Virus record (IMG/VR): IMGVR_UViG_2061766007_000036
Origin: an uncultured virus (IMG/VR IMGVR_UViG_2061766007_000036)
Taxonomy: Duplodnaviria > Heunggongvirae > Uroviricota > Caudoviricetes
Length of the DNA: 64,000 nt
Reading direction: 5' to 3' (one strand)
This document shows positions 16,926 through 25,564 of the stretch, in pieces (positions within the stretch are counted from its first letter, which is position 1; each line of letters begins with the position of its first letter). The notes under the pieces were generated by a model. The model saw only the letters and a program-made list of their open reading frames with translations, made no database searches and was not told the DNA's origin. A program made the translations under genes and the position numbers.

Positions 16926-17156
16926 TTACATCTGCTGCATATCCTGCATCAACTGGCGCATTCTCTGCTTGACCTGTTCGTTGGGAGCATCTTCCATAAG
17001 TTCCTTCATCTGTTCGGCGAAGTCTTCTCCACCTTCGTAGTAGTACATGGAATTGCCACCGCCGTAAACGGGATAGGGCATACCACCACCAAAACCAGTC
17101 GGGCCTACAAGCATCGTTGCAGGAATGGAGCCGCTTCCTTCATCAGTAAGAGCCAT
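16926..17156 (-). CDS. Met/Gly-rich protein of the post-lysis cassette
   Basis: Gly-rich N-terminal half joined to an acidic helical C-terminal half. Confidence 0.6.
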   Translation of the reverse strand: MALTDEGSGSIPATMLVGPTGFGGGMPYPVYGGGNSMYYYEGGEDFAEQMKELMEDAPNEQVKQRMRQLMQDMQQM

Positions 17157-17249
17157 AGTTCATATTCCTTTCGTCTTATATTTACCACCTTCGCTATGTA
17201 CACTCGCAAAGTTGATATTTATCACCTATATGCGTTGAATCCAACGCAG

Positions 17250-17489
17250 TTAACGCATTCCAAAGCGTTGAGCCATATTCTGTGCGTTGGAAAGCTGTTG
17301 CTGACTAATCTGCCCGCTGTTCATTAAGTGCTGAATGATTGCCTGTGGACTGGATATGTTGTCCGGCACATTGTAGCCCGCCTGTCGCAGTAAGCCCATC
17401 GGATTAGACCGCAACTGGGCAAGCATAGCCATAGGATTCATACCGCCCATAGCATTACCGCCAAGGGCATTGAAGAACGGATTAGCCAT
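17250..17489 (-). CDS. Met/Gln/Asn-rich protein of the post-lysis cassette
   Basis: MANPFFNALGG..NPM..PQAIIQHLMNSGQISQQQL. Confidence 0.75.
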   Translation of the reverse strand: MANPFFNALGGNAMGGMNPMAMLAQLRSNPMGLLRQAGYNVPDNISSPQAIIQHLMNSGQISQQQLSNAQNMAQRFGMR

Positions 17490-17985
17490 CGTCTTCCACT
17501 TCCTTCTTCTTCCGCACTGGGGTCTTGGCTTTCAGGTTGTTAACCTCGTCCTTCAGTTCGGATATAACCCCGTCTACATCCCGTACAACGCCCGCCAGAG
17601 CCGCCAGTTCGTCTTTTGTCGCATAGGCAATGTCTGCGCTTGTCTGCGAAGAAATGCTCTCTGACGGCTTCTCAATGCGTTCTACAAGGTCAAAGGTTTT
17701 CATGGTAGGCTTCCCGGATGCATCAGCCTGTTTAAGATAGATGACAGGAGAGCCGGAATCCCACAGTGCTACGGCATTGTTAGGTGCTACTGGATACATC
17801 GCAGCTTCCTGATTGTTCCGTACCCATAGGATGGAAGACGGATTCTGCGGTTGCACAGGCTGTGTCTGCTGAACAGGTTGTGCCTGCGGCATCGTCTGCG
17901 TGGGATACACAGGCTGATAGGGATTCGTAGGGTTGTAATAATTCGGCTGATAGGTTACCGGGAAGTAGTTAGGGTACATTGCCAT
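17482..17985 (-). CDS. Pro/Gln/Tyr-rich protein of the post-lysis cassette
   Basis: Low-complexity N-terminus, then WV...YPVAPNNAVALWDS..IYLKQADASGKP. Confidence 0.75.
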   Translation of the reverse strand: MAMYPNYFPVTYQPNYYNPTNPYQPVYPTQTMPQAQPVQQTQPVQPQNPSSILWVRNNQEAAMYPVAPNNAVALWDSGSPVIYLKQADASGKPTMKTFDLVERIEKPSESISSQTSADIAYATKDELAALAGVVRDVDGVISELKDEVNNLKAKTPVRKKKEVEDDG

Positions 17986-17987
17986 TG

Positions 17988-18365
17988 TTAATCATCCTTT
18001 CTCCAAACGTAGAGCGGGATCTCCGCTTCTGAATGCCATGCATCGTAAATGACACCATCAATGACCGTGGCAACGTGTCCGCTCATGCCGACAACATATG
18101 TTCCTGTCGGATGGTCATTAGCGAAGTCTTCCAAGGTGTAGCAATCAGGACATTCATTGGGAATCGTTTCTCGTTTAAATCCGTTTTCTCGGAGAACCGC
18201 ACCGAAGACTGCATTGCTTGACGGCATATCGCACATCTCAAAACCTTTGGCGGCGAGTTTCATATACGCTTTGTCCCACTCAATATCCAAGGCTTTGCAC
18301 AACGCTCTTACTGTGCAGTCACCAACGTGCTTTCCTGTCGGATTAGTGTTGTATAGTTCCCACAT
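17988..18365 (-). CDS. Putative papain-like Cys-His-Asp protein
   Basis: GDCTVRA..GHVATVIDGVIYDAW; paralog at 59867-60307. Confidence 0.55.
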   Translation of the reverse strand: MWELYNTNPTGKHVGDCTVRALCKALDIEWDKAYMKLAAKGFEMCDMPSSNAVFGAVLRENGFKRETIPNECPDCYTLEDFANDHPTGTYVVGMSGHVATVIDGVIYDAWHSEAEIPLYVWRKDD

Positions 18366-18460
18366 AAAGCATCGCCCCTTTCTGCCTATAGGGTACAAAA
18401 AAAGACTCGCCCTTACTATGAAGTAAGAGCGAATCTTTACGGAAGGAAGGTAGAAGAATA

Positions 18461-18658
18461 TTACAGAAACGGAGAAATCTCCATTAATCTGTCAGAAAGG
18501 ATTTGGCTGATGCGCCGTGGAGATAAGTCTATCTGATTGGCAATCATTTCGGCAGACAGACCATCAACATAGTGCATCTTCATGATTTCCCGGTCACGCT
18601 TGTTGTGGATATGTTCATCAATGAGAAAAGTGATGTGGCTGTTGGTGTAGTCTTTCAT
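18461..18658 (-). CDS. Sigma-70 region-4-like HTH protein
   Basis: RDREIMKMHYVDGLSAEMIA..DLSPRRISQI. Confidence 0.7.
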   Translation of the reverse strand: MKDYTNSHITFLIDEHIHNKRDREIMKMHYVDGLSAEMIANQIDLSPRRISQILSDRLMEISPFL

Positions 18659-18740
18659 AGCAGACTACCTTCTGCGGATTTTTACTCTTCCACCGCCACC
18701 GCAGTTCCGGCACTTCCTGTAGCCCGTGCTACCGCCGTAC

Positions 18741-19043
18741 TTACGGCTCCGTCTGCGGTGCGTTATTCTCGCCGTTGCCATAATAATTCACCTCGCCGTC
18801 ACTTGCGATAGCAGTACCACCATTGTCTGTGGTTGCTTCATATGTCCAGCTCTCGTCTTGAAACTGACCCTCATACCATATCCAAAGGGCATTGGTAGCC
18901 ACCAATAGAGCAACGGCAACCAAAGCGAGAATCCACAACCTTTTCACGGTTCTCTCAAGCCGTGCCAAGGCAGCTTCGTGGACTATGTAGGGAACAGGCT
19001 CGGTAGCCAGTCTGTTTTCTTTGCAAGCACTACAGTCAGGCAT
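18741..19043 (-). CDS. Single-TM membrane protein
   Basis: Hydrophobic LWILALVAVALLVATNALW. Confidence 0.7.
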   Translation of the reverse strand: MPDCSACKENRLATEPVPYIVHEAALARLERTVKRLWILALVAVALLVATNALWIWYEGQFQDESWTYEATTDNGGTAIASDGEVNYYGNGENNAPQTEP

Positions 19044-19046
19044 AGG

Positions 19047-19271
19047 TCACCTCTCAAAAATCATCTTGATGAGAACACCGATAACGGCACTCCCAATCAC
19101 GCCGATGCCCCACAAGATAGCGTTCAGCTTTGTCTTTATAACGGCAAACTCTGTCATGTCATTGGCGAGTTTCTTGTTGATTTCGTCCACGGTAGAGTCA
19201 CACTCCTGACGGGTAACGAATATCTCTTTCAACCGTTCAATGTCTTCTCTGTCAATCACTTTTAATCCCAC
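19047..19271 (-). CDS. Coiled-coil + C-terminal TM lysis-module protein
   Basis: Follows the lysin; C-terminal TM segment. Confidence 0.65.
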   Translation of the reverse strand: MGLKVIDREDIERLKEIFVTRQECDSTVDEINKKLANDMTEFAVIKTKLNAILWGIGVIGSAVIGVLIKMIFER

Positions 19272-19273
19272 CT

Positions 19274-20209
19274 TTATACGGGGATCTTCAACTTCTGCCC
19301 GACATTGATGAGATCCAGGTTCTTGATATTATTGATTTCGCCAATCTTGGCGATGGTTGTGCTATACTTCGTAGCTATCTTCCGAAGAGTATCGCCCGAC
19401 TGAACCACATAGACAATATAACCTACATCGGAAGGTTTGTCAATCCATCCTGTTACCTGTCCCGAAATCCCCACTCTGCTCTTTGCATTGGTGATACGGA
19501 TTCTCCCATTCACCACTGGGCCACCCCAATAGTAGTAATTGCCAGTAACCCTGTTTGCCACCGTCTTATTTGTGGACGAAGCATACAGAGGTTCGTTCTT
19601 CAGGGCAATCGTAGCACCCGCTTCAATTGCCTTGCTTCCCGTAGACGGAGCGGGAGCCGGTTCTACTGGGGTCAGTTCCTTTGTCACCTTGTTTGCCAAG
19701 TCTGACAGGCGGGAGTAAAGCCACTCGCCGGGACAGGACTTGTTGGCAAACCACCTGTGGACAGTCAAAAGCATTTCATCTTTTTTGGGAGTATAGGCGA
19801 GTGCTTTCGCCTTGTCAGGAATCCACAGGAGTTTGGTCTTGCCATTCCGCTGACAGATGTCTACGCACAGTTTGATGAGCGAAGCATACACCGCATCTTT
19901 CATTGCGTAACCGGTCTTGGCGGTGGTATCGCTGGCGCATTCAATGGTTACGGCCCTCTGATCGTTGGCAGATGAACTGGAACACCAGGACCGCTTATCT
20001 TCCGGCACATACATACCGATTTTGCCGTCCCACCCTATGCCGTAGTTGCTGGATGCCTGGGTACTGGAATGGGAGAACCACGTTCCCAACGATCCGGCTG
20101 ACATCTGCCCTACAACGCAATGCGGAGTGATTCGATCTATTTTCATAGTCCTTGTTCCGCTGTTGTTTGGGGACAGGACGGTCACGGAAACAAGTTTACT
20201 GTTGCTCAT
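19274..20209 (-). CDS. Endolysin: Amidase_2 + cell-wall-binding domain + LysM
   Basis: ITPHCVVG, ASSNYGIG, TIECA, HRWFANKSCPG; LysM YVVQSGDTL. Confidence 0.9.
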   Translation of the reverse strand: MSNSKLVSVTVLSPNNSGTRTMKIDRITPHCVVGQMSAGSLGTWFSHSSTQASSNYGIGWDGKIGMYVPEDKRSWCSSSSANDQRAVTIECASDTTAKTGYAMKDAVYASLIKLCVDICQRNGKTKLLWIPDKAKALAYTPKKDEMLLTVHRWFANKSCPGEWLYSRLSDLANKVTKELTPVEPAPAPSTGSKAIEAGATIALKNEPLYASSTNKTVANRVTGNYYYWGGPVVNGRIRITNAKSRVGISGQVTGWIDKPSDVGYIVYVVQSGDTLRKIATKYSTTIAKIGEINNIKNLDLINVGQKLKIPV

Positions 20210-20277
20210 TTTCCTCCTCCTCTCCTTTCCCGTTCGTCAGTTCGTCCAGGGTTTCGTTGTTGGTTTCCACTCCCTCT

Positions 20278-20535
20278 TCAAGAGTCACTTTCATCGTCAT
20301 CGCTCCTTTCGTCAATGATTGGATCGGGATTCAGGTTGTAACGCTTCCGCAGATAGTTTACAAACAAACCAAGGAAAGTGTCAACAGCAATTACTGTGGT
20401 CACGATTTCCTGTGCGTATGGGAAGCCCCACACGGGAGCTAAAGCCGCATACAAAGTGGCGAGTCCGGGAAGCAGGAGTTCTGCTACAAACCGAATGCAG
20501 TCATAAATTTTATCCGGGAGAATCATTTGTATCAC
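20278..20535 (-). CDS. Holin (Dp-1-like)
   Basis: LPGLATLYAALAPVWGFPY..TVIAVDTFLG. Confidence 0.85.
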   Translation of the reverse strand: MIQMILPDKIYDCIRFVAELLLPGLATLYAALAPVWGFPYAQEIVTTVIAVDTFLGLFVNYLRKRYNLNPDPIIDERSDDDESDS

Positions 20536-20538
20536 TCC

Positions 20539-22047
20539 TTAATAAATATAAACGAGTTCGTATGTGCCGTTATAAAAACTACCAGGAGCGTAACTGCGAC
20601 TAGTAGCCTGGGAATTGAAAGTGATACTATTCGTGCCAACTGTTACAGTATAGTGGGACGCAGCCGTAGCTGTGCAGTTAGTATAAGTACCATTAGATCT
20701 TAGATGATAGTTACCACGGCATTCCGTTCCATCCCATACTATGTCAGCAATATAGTAATATGATTGACTGGATGAACGGGTCAATTGGGTAGTACACCGC
20801 AGAAACGCTGCTTTAGGTGTACCATTTAAGCCAGTAAACTCATGACTTAGTGTTGAGGTGTTGGAACAAGTCCAAGTAGTAGAAGCAATGTTTACCGATC
20901 CACCACCGGAGTAATTACCTGTCACACCGAAGATCGTAGTGCCGGATTTTATGTTCCCTGCTACAAGATTGGCATCTCCGCTAATGGTTTGTGCACCAGT
21001 CAAATATGTTCCACTTGCAATAGTCTGATCTGTAGTACCTGGAGTAATTGTCGCTGCGGCTTTAGTTGGCACACTGGCAGTCAAAGTGGCTGTCGTATAA
21101 CCGCTTGTGCTTGAGCTAACATATCCAGCGAAAACGACACTTGTTGCAGTAGAAATGTTTGACTTAGATAATGTAAGAGTATTTGTTCCCGTACTTACAG
21201 TAGCGTCTGTAGCTGTAATTGTTCCCGGAGGATTAACCATGCCATTTGTAATCGTTTTACTCGCCTGCGATTCGTAATAACCGCTCGGCACAGTAACAGT
21301 CGCACCGCTATCCGTAAGATCTGAAGACGATCTCCGTGTAATGCCAGAACCAACATAGGTTGGGCTTATAGCCGCAACATCAACCTCATCCAAACCATCG
21401 TATCCGCTATCGGCAGTAATTACTTGGGCAGATTCAGTAGGAGTTGCTGTTTTCGTCTGTAGTGTCGGCGATCCTCCACCAGAAACATTTACAGTAACTT
21501 CGCTATATGCCGTTCCTGCTGGGGCAGTATAAGTATCATTGGTAGTTACTGACAAAGTGTCTATCGTCACCGCTTCTGGTACTGGATCAGAACAATCGTA
21601 AATATCAATAGTTCCACCGGTATCTGGTAATACTGTAGAAGAAAATGTATAACATTTATAGTAATAATATCTTATTCCACTCCAATATTTATATTGGTAC
21701 TTAGGGGCGATAACAGTGTTATTACTACGTAATTCAAAATCGCCATTTGCTTCGGTACTCTCTATACTGACAAAAGCATTCTTGAAGAACAAAGTATCTA
21801 CTTGACTATTGCTAGATATTAATTTAACAACGTTAGTAGTAATATAGCCACTGGAATTTACCGGCATATTATTTGTAAATGAAGGTGTATATCTAATTGA
21901 TGTTGATACATTTCTATGATTAACAAACGTAACCGGAATGGTCAACGGCCTAATATACGCTAATACATCACCATTATCATCAGTAGCTTTGATGCCAGTA
22001 ACACCTGTATATTCTGTTCCAAAAATTTCTAGAGTATCTGTTGCCAC
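20539..22047 (-). CDS. Tail fibre/appendage protein
   Basis: Thr/Ser-rich; LQTKTATPT, GDANLVAGNIKSG..IFGVTG repeat-like segments. Confidence 0.65.
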   Translation of the reverse strand: MATDTLEIFGTEYTGVTGIKATDDNGDVLAYIRPLTIPVTFVNHRNVSTSIRYTPSFTNNMPVNSSGYITTNVVKLISSNSQVDTLFFKNAFVSIESTEANGDFELRSNNTVIAPKYQYKYWSGIRYYYYKCYTFSSTVLPDTGGTIDIYDCSDPVPEAVTIDTLSVTTNDTYTAPAGTAYSEVTVNVSGGGSPTLQTKTATPTESAQVITADSGYDGLDEVDVAAISPTYVGSGITRRSSSDLTDSGATVTVPSGYYESQASKTITNGMVNPPGTITATDATVSTGTNTLTLSKSNISTATSVVFAGYVSSSTSGYTTATLTASVPTKAAATITPGTTDQTIASGTYLTGAQTISGDANLVAGNIKSGTTIFGVTGNYSGGGSVNIASTTWTCSNTSTLSHEFTGLNGTPKAAFLRCTTQLTRSSSQSYYYIADIVWDGTECRGNYHLRSNGTYTNCTATAASHYTVTVGTNSITFNSQATSRSYAPGSFYNGTYELVYIY

Positions 22048-22443
22048 TTATACCACCTCTTCCCATCCGGCGATTCCTGGCTCAGAGACATTGTAGTCTA
22101 TCGTGGATATCCACACTTTGCCGTTGTGCCGTACCTTATCGCCTTTCATGTACGGGTTTGTGCTGTCCGGTTGTACCCAGTCACCAATCTCGCCATCCTG
22201 CCCCGGCAGTACTTCCGCATACAGACTGACTGTGACATTAGGTGTATATGCTTCGTGACTGGTATGATCCTGTACCACCTTATACAAAGTGCCGTTGTAC
22301 CGAAAGCGGTCACCGATATGATATGTCACATTGGTCTTCCACACGGGGAATAGGATGACCCGTTCTACCGCATCATCGTCCGGCAGGAGTGCTGCTGTGT
22401 CCTCAATCATCTGACGGATACGGAGTGCTTCTGTTCTAGTCAT
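22048..22443 (-). CDS. Carbohydrate-binding (CBM5/12-like) virion protein
   Basis: W..NVTYHIGDRFRYNG.LYK and WVQP..NPYMKGDKVRHNGKVWIS. Confidence 0.75.
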   Translation of the reverse strand: MTRTEALRIRQMIEDTAALLPDDDAVERVILFPVWKTNVTYHIGDRFRYNGTLYKVVQDHTSHEAYTPNVTVSLYAEVLPGQDGEIGDWVQPDSTNPYMKGDKVRHNGKVWISTIDYNVSEPGIAGWEEVV

Positions 22444-22685
22444 TCGGAATCACCCCCAAGAATGATGGCAAGGGCTTCTGCGTCCTCTAGTTCATCTGTT
22501 GATGGAGCATCGGCATAAGCATATCCATTGCCGTCTTCTACAACAACTTTTCCGGCAGGAGCGTTCAATAACAGATTACGAATCGTGTTATATTCCTGCT
22601 CGGTAATGTTCCCGTTTCCATCAGCATCAAGTGTAGAAACGGACACAATATTGTCTATTACTGATTTGTAATATCTCATATCCAA
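22440..22685 (-). CDS. Tail-associated hypothetical protein
   Basis: Coupled ORF ending EALAIILGG. Confidence 0.6.
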   Translation of the reverse strand: MDMRYYKSVIDNIVSVSTLDADGNGNITEQEYNTIRNLLLNAPAGKVVVEDGNGYAYADAPSTDELEDAEALAIILGGDSE

Positions 22686-22691
22686 GTCCCC

Positions 22692-23420
22692 TTATATGCT
22701 GATAGATTCGTTGGCATAATCTGAGCCATAATACAGTAGTTTCCACTTATAAATTACCGCCGGAAATTTGTATTGTGAGTTTCCTCGGCTCCAATAAATA
22801 GATATTGAACTACTATTAACAGGGAATTTAGGATTTTCAACTCCACCGGAATAGCCGGAGTAAGCTCTACTGCCCTGTCTAATGGTTGTAAATGCCATGG
22901 GAGAAACCAAGACATCTAGTGTGGTTATTGTTCCTGCATTGTTTTCGTCTATGGTTTTTTTTGGAACAATACGATATTCACTACTGCTATAATATTCAGC
23001 CTTCCCGTATTCGGAATCCAAAGTCATTGTAAGTTGTACTATTTTGTAATTGGCATCATACGGTACTTCTGCCTCTGTCCAAAGAAGAAATATAAAATTA
23101 GTAGTAGGACAAGTTGTACCAACAGGAATTGTAATATAATATGTGTTTGGGCCAGTAAATGTTCCGCTTGCTACTACTGTTGCTCCGCTACCGCCACCCC
23201 CACCGGGTTGATCATCCAATACAATGTACCCGTCCTGGTCTTGCGTCACACCGCCAGTACCGCCACCGCCTGATGCCGTACCTTGCACCCGTTCGCCAGT
23301 AGGGAGATGAAAATATTTCCCCTGTGCGACATCTGCTTGAGTGGCGGTATCTGCCGTCAGGTCAATCAGGGTTGTGCCGTTGGCAAGATCTACTTTGTTT
23401 ACATAAGGATTGGATGCCAT
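22692..23420 (-). CDS. Tail fibre/appendage protein
   Basis: N-terminus paralogous to 23437-24042. Confidence 0.6.
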   Translation of the reverse strand: MASNPYVNKVDLANGTTLIDLTADTATQADVAQGKYFHLPTGERVQGTASGGGGTGGVTQDQDGYIVLDDQPGGGGGSGATVVASGTFTGPNTYYITIPVGTTCPTTNFIFLLWTEAEVPYDANYKIVQLTMTLDSEYGKAEYYSSSEYRIVPKKTIDENNAGTITTLDVLVSPMAFTTIRQGSRAYSGYSGGVENPKFPVNSSSISIYWSRGNSQYKFPAVIYKWKLLYYGSDYANESISI

Positions 23421-23436
23421 AAAGCATCACCCCCTA

Positions 23437-24042
23437 TCAAGTCGGTGCTACTGTTCCTATGGTAACAGTCTTTCCCCCAGCAGCGTTGTCACTTTCCGTA
23501 ACGGAAATAGCTGCGACATTCACCTGGCTGATGTAGTCTTTGCTAATGGAAGACGGCAACACAGTCTGTGCCGTCAGATACGGAGTCACATTTACCGCTC
23601 CAGCCGTAACCGCTTCGCCGGAATAGTTGCCCGTTACTCCAAGGATACTGATGCCGGATTTAATGTTGGATGCGATGATTTTTCCCTGTTCGGTACTGTC
23701 AATACCGACACTTCCCAGTCCGTTGTGGTAGCCAGCCGGGATGGTGTAAGTTCCGGCTTTCGTGGAAATCGTGCCGGACACAGCACCATTGTTGGTCATC
23801 TCACCCGTGACTTTTACCTTGTTTACATAGGCTGTTCTGCCGGACAGGATCTCACTTGCGGAAGCGTTCGCATCTGTGGTGTTACTGTCATAGGTACAAG
23901 TACCCGTGGTGCGTTCTCCCGTTTTCAGATGGAAATATTTGCCCGACAGGACATCTGCTTTCTCCGCAGTATCAGATGTCAGATCAATGAGAATTGTTCC
24001 ATCAGCCAGTCCTACCTGGTTTACATACTGATTGTTTGCCAT
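23437..24042 (-). CDS. Tail fibre/appendage protein
   Basis: YVNQV.LADGTILIDLT; TIPAGYHNG; NIKSGISILGVTG. Confidence 0.65.
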   Translation of the reverse strand: MANNQYVNQVGLADGTILIDLTSDTAEKADVLSGKYFHLKTGERTTGTCTYDSNTTDANASASEILSGRTAYVNKVKVTGEMTNNGAVSGTISTKAGTYTIPAGYHNGLGSVGIDSTEQGKIIASNIKSGISILGVTGNYSGEAVTAGAVNVTPYLTAQTVLPSSISKDYISQVNVAAISVTESDNAAGGKTVTIGTVAPT

Positions 24043-24043
24043 A

Positions 24044-24313
24044 TCAATTCACTCCTATCACTACTGTAATTCCCCCATGGGGGTTGCTTGTGCGTACTAC
24101 AGGAATTTTGTGGACATTGACATCGTCCGTCATCAGTTTGCCATTGGTGTAGAGATACTGTTCGTCAAAGGTGGGTGTCACTTCGTAATCCCCTGTGTAT
24201 GGAATGACCGTTCCTGATCCAAGGGAGAGCGTTCCTCGCAAACCGCCGACAGGGGAGAGCGTACCACGAAGGCCACCCACGGCAGAAAGTCTGCCAGTCA
24301 ACTTGCCGTCCAT
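24044..24313 (-). CDS. Tail-associated protein
   Basis: YTGDYEVTP..L.TNGK.MTDDV.V..IP. Confidence 0.6.
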   Translation of the reverse strand: MDGKLTGRLSAVGGLRGTLSPVGGLRGTLSLGSGTVIPYTGDYEVTPTFDEQYLYTNGKLMTDDVNVHKIPVVRTSNPHGGITVVIGVN

Positions 24314-24660
24314 CAGTCAGCTTCCCACCTTATTTCAAGAGTCGCTTCCGCTATGAAGGTATCTACTACACCATTGGCTCTTGTGATTTCAATGTCATAT
24401 CCGTATTCCCCGTAGGCAAGGTGTTCCGTGTCTTCCGGCTCAAGGACAAGGAGCAGAGTGCTGATGGGGATTTCCTTGTGCATGAGCATCTGCTCGTTGC
24501 CACGCTTGCCCTTCTGCTTGACTGCGAAGCGGATGCTGTCACCTTCCACGGGGGTGTAGGGGTCTCCGTTCGGCTGGAAGATCTCCACAACAGCAGACAG
24601 CGTATCTCCCCTTGTCATGCTGATGGTATTGCCGTTGATTCTAACCATTGTCTTCACCAC
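24313..24660 (-). CDS. BppU-N-like baseplate/appendage adaptor
   Basis: ISMTRGDT..IRFAVK..LEPEDT..L.YGEYGYDIEI. Confidence 0.65.
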   Translation of the reverse strand: MVKTMVRINGNTISMTRGDTLSAVVEIFQPNGDPYTPVEGDSIRFAVKQKGKRGNEQMLMHKEIPISTLLLVLEPEDTEHLAYGEYGYDIEITRANGVVDTFIAEATLEIRWEAD

Positions 24661-25036
24661 CTTGAAGTCTGATTATCTCATCCCATCCTTCATCCAGGGT
24701 GGGTGGCTCAAAGGTTTCTGCGTGTAGACTTACCAGTCTGCTCGGTCTTCCCCTGTTCTCCCTGCGGATGCACTCGTCTTCCGTGGTATCAATCCACACG
24801 CATACCTTTCTGCTATTGTCTTCCAAACAGGAAAGTAACCGCTCTCTGCTCTGTTTGCTGTTGTAGATGCCCTCAATGCAGTTGCCGTGAAAAGAGCGGT
24901 ATATATCCTCTCTTTCCGCTCGGCTGTACTTGCTGATTTCATCGTAATGAAGAACATCCGTAAAGCGTTCGGAGTAGGTTGTCTTTCCTGCGTTCGGCAA
25001 GCCTATGACTACAATCAAGTCAAGTTTTTCTCCCAA
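24641..25036 (-). CDS. AAA_33/polynucleotide-kinase-like P-loop protein
   Basis: IGLPNAGKTT; ECIRRENR; FEPPTLDEGWDEI. Confidence 0.75.
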   Translation of the reverse strand: MGEKLDLIVVIGLPNAGKTTYSERFTDVLHYDEISKYSRAEREDIYRSFHGNCIEGIYNSKQSRERLLSCLEDNSRKVCVWIDTTEDECIRRENRGRPSRLVSLHAETFEPPTLDEGWDEIIRLQGGEDNG

Positions 25037-25518
25037 AGAGTGTATCTAGCTTGCAAAATCGTTCCTTCGTCCGAAAAATTCAAAGAAACACGCTTGGACT
25101 TGATGAAATTTTGGATATCGGATGACACCTTACAGAAATTCAGGACATTATCAGCAGAGGTCATATATACTTCCATCAACGGGATGGGTTCAATATGGGT
25201 TCCCCCTTCCACATCCGCATCATAGTTGTAATGCAAACAGAGAACACCAGTAACGAGTTCTCCTGCTCTTACTTTTGTTAGCAGGGAGTCATAGTCCAGT
25301 TTTATGACTTCATAATCCGCAACATCCGTTGAAAATGCCTCGGTTGCGATTACTACATCGTACCCGGCATACGGGTCGGACGAGCCGCCGCCCACGTTGG
25401 ATTTGGCTGTCTGCTTGACAGCACCATCATCAACCACAAGCACCTTGGCTGTGTCGCTGATGGTTTCCGATGTCGGTACTGCGTTCAAGGGGATGTAATC
25501 GTATTTCATTTCAGTCAC
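25015..25518 (-). CDS. Hypothetical virion-region protein
   Basis: ORF with gaggtg RBS. Confidence 0.6.
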   Translation of the reverse strand: MTEMKYDYIPLNAVPTSETISDTAKVLVVDDGAVKQTAKSNVGGGSSDPYAGYDVVIATEAFSTDVADYEVIKLDYDSLLTKVRAGELVTGVLCLHYNYDADVEGGTHIEPIPLMEVYMTSADNVLNFCKVSSDIQNFIKSKRVSLNFSDEGTILQARYTLWEKNLT

Positions 25519-25564
25519 CTCTTAAGATAAATGTATCAAATCTAGTTTCATTTAATTCACAGCC

